Source: a virus (lineage: Duplodnaviria; Caudoviricetes). From it: a DNA stretch of 34,025 nucleotides. The stretch covers positions 1 through 34,025 of IMG/VR virus record IMGVR_UViG_3300030433_001888, one strand, 5' to 3'. The notes under the pieces are model-generated. The model made no database searches, was not told where the DNA came from, and worked only from the letters and a program-made list of their open reading frames with translations. Positions 27,276-34,025 of the stretch are shown piece by piece (position 1 is the stretch's first letter; the number at the start of each line of letters is the position of its first letter). Both the position numbers and the translations under genes were made by a program.

Positions 27276-27633
27276 TTTATTGCAGCCCATTGCCGGTCTG
27301 GCTGGACAGTGGATGGCAAATCGCGCCGAAAAGGCAAAGGCCAAGCAAGCTCTGGCCGTCGCTAAGATCGAAGCCAAAACCAAAAAGGTACAGTCCGATG
27401 CGAATTGGGAAGAGCAGGCCATGTCTGCCAGCCAGGATAGCTGGAAGGATGAAGCCTGGACGCTGACCTTTATCGCCCTCATATTCGCCTGCTTTATTCC
27501 AGCGCTCCAACCCTACATTGCCGACGGCTTTAAGTTCTTGCGAGAGGATTGCCCCGAATGGCTAACCTATGGAATTTTGGCAAGTATCGCTGCAAGCTTT
27601 GGCCTAAAAAGCATTGGCAAGCTGAAGGGCTAG
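27268..27633 (+). CDS. Holin-like membrane protein
   Basis: SWKDE motif, two TM segments, directly before the endolysin. Confidence 0.7.
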   Translation: MLNLLQPIAGLAGQWMANRAEKAKAKQALAVAKIEAKTKKVQSDANWEEQAMSASQDSWKDEAWTLTFIALIFACFIPALQPYIADGFKFLREDCPEWLTYGILASIAASFGLKSIGKLKG

Positions 27634-27641
27634 ACGCAGAC

Positions 27642-28091
27642 ATGAAGCTCAGCAAAAATTTTAGTCTGCGCGAAATGACCAAAAGCCAGACCGCCTTGCG
27701 CATGGGTATCAGCAACACGCCAACGATTGATAAAATACAAAACCTGAAAGCTCTGTGTGAAAATGTTTTGCAGCCGGTGCGTGATCATTACGACCGGCCA
27801 GTCACTATCACGAGTGGCTATCGGTGCGAAGAGCTGTGCCAGGCTATTGGCTCGAAGGTCACAAGCCAACACGCACTCGGTCAGGCGGCTGATTTCGAGA
27901 TTGCCGGAATAAGCAATTATGGCGTCGCTGAGTGGATAGCAAAACACTGCGTGTTCGACCAGCTCATCCTAGAATTTTACACAGGCGGCAATACGGGCTG
28001 GGTGCATTGCAGCTACGCCCCAGACCCGCGCGGTCAGACGCTGACATACGACAAAGAAAACGGATATCGGAAAGGATTGATCGATGCCTGA
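27642..28091 (+). CDS. Endolysin, peptidase M15 family
   Basis: LSKNFSL.E, SGYR, SQH..GQAAD, WVH. Confidence 0.9.
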   Translation: MKLSKNFSLREMTKSQTALRMGISNTPTIDKIQNLKALCENVLQPVRDHYDRPVTITSGYRCEELCQAIGSKVTSQHALGQAADFEIAGISNYGVAEWIAKHCVFDQLILEFYTGGNTGWVHCSYAPDPRGQTLTYDKENGYRKGLIDA

Positions 28092-28242
28092 AGCACTGGA
28101 GAAAAGCCTGATGGCTCGCGCTCGAAAAAAGGGACTGAAGGGCAAAGCGCGTGACAGATACGTCTATGGCACCCTGACCCGCATCGCTGGGCCAAAAGGC
28201 TCCGAACGAGCTGGCAAGACCGGAGCGGTGCGTCGTGGCTAA
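28084..28242 (+). CDS. 52-aa basic protein (not in the ORF track)
   Basis: MPEALEKSLMARARKKGLKGKARDRYVYGTL...; overlaps both neighbours by 8 bp. Confidence 0.6.
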   Translation: MPEALEKSLMARARKKGLKGKARDRYVYGTLTRIAGPKGSERAGKTGAVRRG

Positions 28243-28534
28243 GACACCAGCTTGGCAGCGCAAGGCAGGCAAGAACCCAAAGGGCGGTTTAAACGAAGCC
28301 GGTCGCCGCTCAGCTCGCGCCCAGGGCATGAACTTAAAACGCCCTGTCAAATCGGGTGACAATCCTCGCCGCGCATCCTTTCTTGCGCGCATGGGAAACA
28401 TGCCAGGGCCGGAGCGCAGAAACGGCAAGCCGACACGATTATTATTATCCTTGCGAGCGTGGGGCGCGAGCAGCAAGGCAGATGCCAGAGCAAAGGCAAA
28501 ATCAATCAGCGCTAGAAACAAACGAAAGGGGTAG
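28235..28534 (+). CDS. Basic protein (DUF6321-like)
   Basis: PAWQRKAGKNPKGGLN..GR...RRASFLARM. Confidence 0.7.
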   Translation: MAKTPAWQRKAGKNPKGGLNEAGRRSARAQGMNLKRPVKSGDNPRRASFLARMGNMPGPERRNGKPTRLLLSLRAWGASSKADARAKAKSISARNKRKG

Positions 28535-28536
28535 TT

Positions 28537-28665
28537 ATGCCTAGTCATTACGGCGGTGGACGCAAAAAATCTGGATCAATGATGAAGATGGCTCGCATGA
28601 AAAAGCAGGCGGCGACAGCGATGGCGATGAAGAAAGCCGGAAAGAAACCCAAGCGCCGTGGCTAA
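28537..28665 (+). CDS. 42-aa Lys/Met-rich protein (not in the ORF track)
   Basis: MPSHYGGGRKKSGSMMKMARMKKQAATAMAMKKAGKKPKRRG*. Confidence 0.6.
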   Translation: MPSHYGGGRKKSGSMMKMARMKKQAATAMAMKKAGKKPKRRG

Positions 28666-28843
28666 GAAAAAATCTACGGTCAACAAGGCCGGTAATTATA
28701 CCAAGCCTGGCATGCGCAAGCGCATGTTCCAGTCGATCCTCGGGCGCAATGTTCAAGGCACTGCGGCCGGCAAGTGGTCTGCTCGGAAAGCTCAGCTTCT
28801 GGCCAAGCGCTACAAGGCAGCCGGTGGGGGGTATCGAAACTAA
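28658..28843 (+). CDS. Basic protein (DUF5872-like N-half)
   Basis: NYTKP..RK...GKWSARKAQLLA..YK..GGGY. Confidence 0.7.
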   Translation: MAKKKSTVNKAGNYTKPGMRKRMFQSILGRNVQGTAAGKWSARKAQLLAKRYKAAGGGYRN

Positions 28844-29082
28844 TGCATAATCCACAGCACAGTCTGCGCCAGTGGGGCAAACAAAACTGGCGCACGAAGT
28901 CTGGCAAGAAGTCCAGCGAGACCGGCGAGCGCTATTTGCCTGCCGCTGCGATTGCCAGCCTGACCCCTGCCGAGTACGCGCGCACCACCGCTGCAAAGCG
29001 CCGTGCCAAGAAAGCTGGCAAGCAATTTTCAAAGCAGCCTGAAAGCATAATGAAAAAAACGCGCCGGTTTCGCAAATCCTAG
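28843..29082 (+). CDS. Basic protein (DUF5872-like C-half)
   Basis: Q.SL..W.KQ.WRTKSGK.S..TGERYLP. Confidence 0.7.
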   Translation: MHNPQHSLRQWGKQNWRTKSGKKSSETGERYLPAAAIASLTPAEYARTTAAKRRAKKAGKQFSKQPESIMKKTRRFRKS

Positions 29083-29084
29083 CC

Positions 29085-29128
29085 GCATGCCAAGCGCATG
29101 CCAAGCGCATGCCAAGCGCATGCCAAAC
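29085..29128 (+). repeat. Four tandem 11-bp repeats GCATGCCAA(G/A)C, putative integrase arm-type sites
   Basis: Direct repeats ~90 bp left of the att core. Confidence 0.8.
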
Positions 29129-29217
29129 ACCACGAATAACCCGCAACACGGGTCACAACTTGTTGTTCGTATGTACCGGTTTTGTTGGTTTGTGCGCGTG
29201 GTGGTACAAAAAATACG

Positions 29218-29242
29218 GGTTCAAGTCCTACCGGGGTCGCCA
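29218..29242 (+). mobile_element. attP core: 3' end of a host tRNA (probably Arg)
   Basis: GGTTCAAGTCCTACCGGGGTCGCCA = T-loop, 3' T-stem, acceptor stem and CCA; lies between arm repeats next to int. Confidence 0.85.
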
Positions 29243-29288
29243 TCCACCCCCTTGATATCATTACATATTTTCTGAAAACACCCTTTCT

Positions 29289-29310
29289 GCATGCCAAACG
29301 CATGCCAAAA
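29289..29310 (+). repeat. Two tandem arm-type repeats
   Basis: GCATGCCAAAC GCATGCCAAAA. Confidence 0.8.
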
Positions 29311-29315
29311 AGGGC

Positions 29316-29359
29316 TTGTAATTGCTTTTCTGGGTCTCTACGTTGACGGTATAAGTCAA
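29316..29359 (+). promoter_or_regulatory. int promoter and operator-like palindrome
   Basis: TTGTAA-N17-TACGTT; TTGAC-N7-GTCAA at 29343-29359. Confidence 0.5.
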
Positions 29360-29377
29360 ATTTATGGAGACCGACCC

Positions 29378-30517
29378 ATGGATATTTCAGTTACACAACA
29401 CAAGACGCAACTTAAAAAAGGCTGGGCAAGTTTTTGCGTTGACACTCGCTCAATCGTTGAAAATGGCAAACGAAATTATTTTGTTACGCGCGAGGAAGCA
29501 CAAGCTTTTGCTGACAACCTTAAAAAAGAACTGACCCCCAACCTCGCAGAGGCGTGGGACTGGGATTTTAAAACACTGCAAGATCGATTTGAACGGCATT
29601 TGGAAAATCAATATCGGGACGGCGATATCGAGCTGGCAAATTTGCAGGGCAAGAAGCGACACGTCCAAAATTTTGTTAATCTCAATCTTGGGGGTGCGAC
29701 CTTGCTAACGACCAAAGTTCGCGACCTTACTGCTGGGCAAGTGCGACTAGAGTTGATGGATCAACTTAGAACAAACAGCAGAGATGCAAAGCGTCAGAGA
29801 ACACGCAAAACTGTCCTAAATATTATTATGGACGTGCGCGCGATGTTTGACTACGCGATGGATGCCGGTTGTCGCAACACCAATCCAATGGACGGTGTAA
29901 AACCGAAGGGCGCAAAAAAAATGGGCAATGGTAAACACAAGCGCATACAGCCCGACATTATCGATGCCATTATTGCAGCAATGCCTGAGCATTGGGCATT
30001 GCGCGCACGGTTCGCAGCAACGACTGGCCTACGCCAGGGCGAGCAGCGCGCGCTGCGATGGGCGCATGTTGATTTAGAAAGTGGATTTGTTCGCGTCACT
30101 GAGGCGGTAAAATCACGCGCTGGCGTTGGAGATACAAAAACCGTGAAGGGCAATCGCAGGGTGCCGCTGACGCCAGACGTTAAAAAATTATTGCAAGAGT
30201 TATACCTGCGCACAGGTCGGCCCGATGATGACCAGCTAGTGTTTCCAAGCGCGACTGGACATATGTTAAGCCAAACCAGGTTTCTTGTGGCAATACACAG
30301 AGCATGCGACGCAGCCGGGGTAGAACGTATTCGCTGGCACGATCTGAGGCACTACTATGCAAGCCGTATTCTACAAGCTTTTGATGGTGACTGGTGGGCG
30401 GTTACTAACCTTATGGGTCATACGTCCATCAAGACAACGACGGACACCTACGGTCATTGGCTAGAAACGGCAGAGCAAAATCAGCGTGTTGCAGACACGA
30501 TCAGTCAGGCGTTCTAG
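29378..30517 (+). CDS. int: Tyrosine integrase
   Basis: GGAG RBS; TGLRQGE, TKT, HDLRH, LMGH, TYGH catalytic set. Confidence 0.95.
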   Translation: MDISVTQHKTQLKKGWASFCVDTRSIVENGKRNYFVTREEAQAFADNLKKELTPNLAEAWDWDFKTLQDRFERHLENQYRDGDIELANLQGKKRHVQNFVNLNLGGATLLTTKVRDLTAGQVRLELMDQLRTNSRDAKRQRTRKTVLNIIMDVRAMFDYAMDAGCRNTNPMDGVKPKGAKKMGNGKHKRIQPDIIDAIIAAMPEHWALRARFAATTGLRQGEQRALRWAHVDLESGFVRVTEAVKSRAGVGDTKTVKGNRRVPLTPDVKKLLQELYLRTGRPDDDQLVFPSATGHMLSQTRFLVAIHRACDAAGVERIRWHDLRHYYASRILQAFDGDWWAVTNLMGHTSIKTTTDTYGHWLETAEQNQRVADTISQAF

Positions 30518-31292
30518 CTTGCACCTGCCTGCGTAAATTTTTTATTTGTTCCAATATTTCGTCCCGCTCATTACGAGGTGGAGCGCTTGAAAGAGTTATT
30601 GGCACGGTGGAAGCGTTGGAATAAGTGCTGTGGTAGGTTATACCCGATGACGCGCTGGTGGTGTATTGGCTATGCACTGAGCTTTTTATGTTCCGAAGTT
30701 TTTCTTCTAAGCTGCTAATTTGTTTTTGCAGGTCGAGCGTTTCGTTGTCGTACAGGATGCGCTCAGAAGGCGTGGCATTTTTATACCAGCGGTTCAGTTC
30801 TCTTCTTTTGCGTTCCTGTCTAAGTTTTTCAATACGGGCGCGCACTGCCTTTATGTTTTCTTGCCGCTTATCTTCCAGCTCCTGTAAGCGCCGCGCTTCC
30901 ATCCGCTTGTAGTGCCGGTGCTTATCCATTATTTTTCGCGTCAACGGTACGCGCTTGCCCGTTGACGTAACAAGCGAGCAGGTATTCGAGGCAGGGTTGA
31001 CGCGCTGCACAGCAAGATCAAGCTCGTTGTCTGCACCAATGACATGGCCGGTCAAAAAGTAGAAGTGATCATCGTCCGTGTCCCACAAAAGAGACCCGTT
31101 AATTTTATATGCAACATTGCGCGCAATGTTTGCGTCGCGGATGCTTTTGAAAAAAGCTACCCCGTTTGGTTCTAGATTGAGCAGTGTGGCAGCCACGTCC
31201 AACACGCGGGGTCGGGGATACAGCTTTGTATCTTTAAACAAGGTAATGTTCGCCAGCGCTTTGGCCTTGTCGTCACTGTTGTCGGTCATCAC
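30501..31292 (-). CDS. Hypothetical coiled-coil protein
   Basis: 263-aa ORF; charged helical centre; converges on and overlaps the int 3' end. Confidence 0.65.
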   Translation of the reverse strand: MMTDNSDDKAKALANITLFKDTKLYPRPRVLDVAATLLNLEPNGVAFFKSIRDANIARNVAYKINGSLLWDTDDDHFYFLTGHVIGADNELDLAVQRVNPASNTCSLVTSTGKRVPLTRKIMDKHRHYKRMEARRLQELEDKRQENIKAVRARIEKLRQERKRRELNRWYKNATPSERILYDNETLDLQKQISSLEEKLRNIKSSVHSQYTTSASSGITYHSTYSNASTVPITLSSAPPRNERDEILEQIKNLRRQVQARTPD

Positions 31293-31425
31293 ATTTTCTC
31301 GTTTCGATTGCGGCCTGATGAAACCGCAGCGCGAGCTGGTCGAGCTGCTCGGCGGTCAAAGATCGCGAGACAAAGGTTTCGTCAATCAGGCAGTTGATCC
31401 GGCCCCTGGTCGGGTACACTATCAA
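31273..31425 (-). CDS. ~50-aa hypothetical protein (TTG start inferred)
   Basis: Fills the gap between the xis-like gene and 31292. Confidence 0.4.
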   Translation of the reverse strand: MIVYPTRGRINCLIDETFVSRSLTAEQLDQLALRFHQAAIETRKCDDRQQ

Positions 31426-31600
31426 GACCGACAGCGGCGTCGATGGCAGAGCGCTGGACGTAGATACGTCGCCCGACCGTGATCTCTTGCAGCTTGTGCT
31501 TTTTGATAAGATTGCGCGCGCGGTAGTAAGCGTCGCGGTTTTGATTGTCAAAAAGATATTCCGCAACTTCTTTAATGGTGAGTAGCTTGGCATTTGTCAT
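31382..31600 (-). CDS. xis: Excisionase-like winged-helix protein
   Basis: LLTIKEVAEYL...VGRRIYVQRSAID. Confidence 0.75.
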   Translation of the reverse strand: MTNAKLLTIKEVAEYLFDNQNRDAYYRARNLIKKHKLQEITVGRRIYVQRSAIDAAVGLDSVPDQGPDQLPD

Positions 31601-31989
31601 CAGATACCCCCATCGCCAAACGGATCATCAAACGGGTCGGCTGCAAGCGGTGGTGGTGACGAGCTGGGCGCGGCTTGAGCATCCGGCTCATTAACGATAA
31701 GCTTGAACTGCATGACCTTTGGATACTCACGCACATTGTCGCTGCCGTTGCGTTGCGTCAGGGTGATGCCGATCTCGGCGCCCACCTCAGCAAAAAGCCG
31801 ATGCAGCTCGTCGCACTTGGCCTGCTGCTCGGCAGTCAATGGCACATAGCTTTTCGACAGGTCGTTCCACTCTTGCTTAAATTGAATGTAACCGACCGCG
31901 CGATATTCTTGCGGCGCGCCGTTTGGCGCAGTTGCAAGCACGTCCTGTTTTGGTTTGATGCGCGCATATGAAAAGTGTGGTTTAACCAT
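31600..31989 (-). CDS. Putative ssDNA-binding protein
   Basis: Follows the SSAP; Pro-rich linker and acidic DPFDDPF tail. Confidence 0.5.
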   Translation of the reverse strand: MVKPHFSYARIKPKQDVLATAPNGAPQEYRAVGYIQFKQEWNDLSKSYVPLTAEQQAKCDELHRLFAEVGAEIGITLTQRNGSDNVREYPKVMQFKLIVNEPDAQAAPSSSPPPLAADPFDDPFGDGGI

Positions 31990-32716
31990 CTCTTTCTCCG
32001 TTGTTTAATGTTTGCAATGTTTCCGTGTATTGCTGCACGAGCAAATTCCACTGATCGACGCTGGCCGCTCTCAAGTCGTTGCGCGTTCTGGCTGTCGAGT
32101 TTCTCCAAGCCCCAAGCCGTTCCATTGTGGTTATGCTTTTTATTTGATTGCACTGTTCCTTGACCCAGGCAGCCCAGTCGTCCGTGTCAAACGGTACGTC
32201 CTCGACGGGTGGGGCGGCGGGCTCGGTTTGTTGGGGGACAGGGGCAGAGGCAGGGGCAGGTGTTCCTTGCGCGACCACATCTTCCATTTCGTTTGCAGAT
32301 GCGTATTCGGAACCAGCAAGCCCTATGCTCGCCAAGGCGCGACCGATTGCTGCTGTTTCCGTTTTTTCCAAAGCTGCGCGACCGCGCGGCTTTTCGGCGT
32401 GGCCTGTTCCAATTATTTGTTGGACGACCTCACTTCCAACAATCGTGTCTTTGGTCACGACGGCTTTTACTCTAAGGCTGGCGTCGTCGCTGCCCTCGAC
32501 AAATGTTTGTACGCTGTACCGGTGGCCAAAATACTTGCGAAATATTCCGACGCGGTGATGCACCATTGTGTATTTTTTGCCGTTTAACTCGACGCCAAAG
32601 CGCTCGTTAATTTCGTTAAGCTCATTCACCGCAGCTTGTATTGTCGCGCTGTCGTCCCAGGCTTTTGGTTTGTTGTAGCCAGGATCGCCTGGCTGAATGT
32701 CTAACCGCTGTGTCAT
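31982..32716 (-). CDS. Single-strand annealing recombinase (Rad52/Erf-like)
   Basis: GKKY..V..RV, GTGHAE, LEK.ET.AIGRALA..G...EYAS..EM. Confidence 0.75.
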   Translation of the reverse strand: MTQRLDIQPGDPGYNKPKAWDDSATIQAAVNELNEINERFGVELNGKKYTMVHHRVGIFRKYFGHRYSVQTFVEGSDDASLRVKAVVTKDTIVGSEVVQQIIGTGHAEKPRGRAALEKTETAAIGRALASIGLAGSEYASANEMEDVVAQGTPAPASAPVPQQTEPAAPPVEDVPFDTDDWAAWVKEQCNQIKSITTMERLGAWRNSTARTRNDLRAASVDQWNLLVQQYTETLQTLNNGERDG

Positions 32717-33654
32717 TGTGACCCCCAAAACTTTTTCGCTTCTTGAATGAATGTGACCGGCTCATTCCAATACATTGCGCGCCAATCTGGACTAACTAGG
32801 CTAAACAACTCATGCTTGCATGTGGCCGTGCGCAGAATGTTTTCTGTCGTCTTTTCACGCATGGCAATGTCAGCCACCACGTCATGCAGATAATCATCGC
32901 GCAGCTCTGGTGCGTTCTCTGGCGTAAACACCCGATAGTCTGACGCATTGGCGTACACAATGAAGGGTGGCCGGTGACCATTCAGCGCCCAAAAGCCAGC
33001 GGCCTGGTACACGTTGTTCATGTCGAACATGCCCGTGAGGCTGTTGGGCAGGCTACCACTCTGCCAGCCGCTCTTGGCACGACTGCTGGGCCTAGACCAT
33101 TTTGTCTTGAGATCGCCTCGGTTGGCATAATCTGGTTTGGTGTTGTGGGGCAGGGCGCAGCCAGGCAGCGTGTCCAATAGCTGCATCTCACCAAGGATGC
33201 GATTGTCGCCTGCCATTGCCTCTCTAAGGCCCTTTACAGCGTGTTCTACGACCTTTGGTAGCTCTATGAGGTATTGCTCACGGCGCAGCTCATCATCGTC
33301 GTTTTTGGCCTTGTAACTGGCGAGCTGGTCAACGCCTGCGCGTGTAGCCTCGGCCATATCATAGGTCTTGCCCTGTTGGTCAGGCACAAGGGCCATGTCT
33401 GTGGCGGTCTGAACAGCTCTGCCAGCTTCCATGTTGGCGCTCGACCGGCCCTCGTACAGCCTGGACAGAACCCCGCGCGCTTCAATCTTTTCGGTCTCAG
33501 ATGCTACTGCATTTTTTAAAACAGCAAACGCCTTGTCTACTAATGGCCGGACGTGTGACTTCTCAAAGAAATCCTTGGCGCGGTCTTTGTTGCGCGGGTT
33601 GCTGTGGTGGAAATAGTTGTGTCGGATAGCCCAGTCGGGCAAGGTATGTAGCAT
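32713..33654 (-). CDS. PD-(D/E)xK exonuclease, allele B
   Basis: GR.VQ, E, KPDY, GDLKT, YQAAGFW; upstream of the SSAP. Confidence 0.75.
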   Translation of the reverse strand: MLHTLPDWAIRHNYFHHSNPRNKDRAKDFFEKSHVRPLVDKAFAVLKNAVASETEKIEARGVLSRLYEGRSSANMEAGRAVQTATDMALVPDQQGKTYDMAEATRAGVDQLASYKAKNDDDELRREQYLIELPKVVEHAVKGLREAMAGDNRILGEMQLLDTLPGCALPHNTKPDYANRGDLKTKWSRPSSRAKSGWQSGSLPNSLTGMFDMNNVYQAAGFWALNGHRPPFIVYANASDYRVFTPENAPELRDDYLHDVVADIAMREKTTENILRTATCKHELFSLVSPDWRAMYWNEPVTFIQEAKKFWGSQ

Positions 33655-33864
33655 GAATATGTACCTCTGAAGTGTACATATAACGCTAATGGGTGGCGTA
33701 TTTTACGTCAATTCTTTTGACGTGTTTTCCACAATTTTTGGTGTGGCAAATCTTAAATTTGGTCTTGATGTCGGTTCCGGTCACAATCTAAAAAACCCTA
33801 ATTTAATGGAACGGTATACGTCAACCCCCTAGATTATTCCGTCGAAGCAGTGTAGTTTTTATTG
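33655..33864. promoter_or_regulatory. Repressor-less version of the switch region
   Basis: Homologous to 239-324 and 1057-1152, joined by 28 unrelated bp. Confidence 0.85.
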
Positions 33865-34025
33865 ATGACTTTAGATACGTTTAGAAAAGAAAAGGGCTGG
33901 TCATTTGCGCACCTGGCACGCCAGCTCGGAGCTTCACACGCCACAGTGGCGCGGCGCTGGTGCCTGCCGCGCGATCACAAAAACCGGCTAATTCCCAGTC
34001 CAGTTTATATGGACAGAATTATTGT
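33865..34025 (+). CDS. Cro-like regulator, allele B (truncated by window end)
   Basis: Same amino-acid sequence as 1153..; synonymous differences only. Confidence 0.9.
   Translation, partial: MTLDTFRKEKGWSFAHLARQLGASHATVARRWCLPRDHKNRLIPSPVYMDRII

Noticed and set aside
29085-29128. CRISPR-like array
   Set aside because: The 11-bp units are contiguous with no spacers and there are no cas genes; their position fits integrase arm sites.
29170-29242. Complete tRNA gene
   Set aside because: Only the T-loop to CCA is present; no D or anticodon arm and no matching 5' acceptor strand.
28541-29303. Long minus-strand ORFs over the basic genes and attP, and 29087..29275
   Set aside because: Shadow frames translating the repeats and att core; no RBS or recognisable motifs.
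32713-33654. Cas4-like nuclease
   Set aside because: Lacks the four-Cys Fe-S pattern; context is an exo/SSAP/SSB module.

Overview
This window is an essentially complete ~32.7-kb temperate podovirus-type phage genome. Its gene content suggests a marine alphaproteobacterial host (inference). It has a T7/HTVC010P-like virion module (terminase, portal, scaffold, capsid, tail tubes, ejection proteins, fibres), an M15 endolysin lysis cassette and a lambda-like cI/cro switch. It also has a tyrosine integrase with an intact attP targeting a tRNA 3' end and an exonuclease/SSAP/SSB recombination module. I see no polymerase, primase or helicase. Five observations stand out. (1) The two ends are diverged (~88%) copies of the same immunity locus; one carries the repressor gene and the other cleanly lacks it while keeping the promoters and operators. 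(2) An exact 18-bp copy of the attP-flanking integrase arm-type repeat sits 24 kb away in the terS-terL gap. (3) There is a candidate host-DnaA-dependent origin. (4) A recurring TTGAC-N7-GTCAA operator-like motif links the switch, int and a moron. (5) An ejection protein carries an ADP-ribosyltransferase-like domain. All family assignments are from motif recognition by eye, not database searches.
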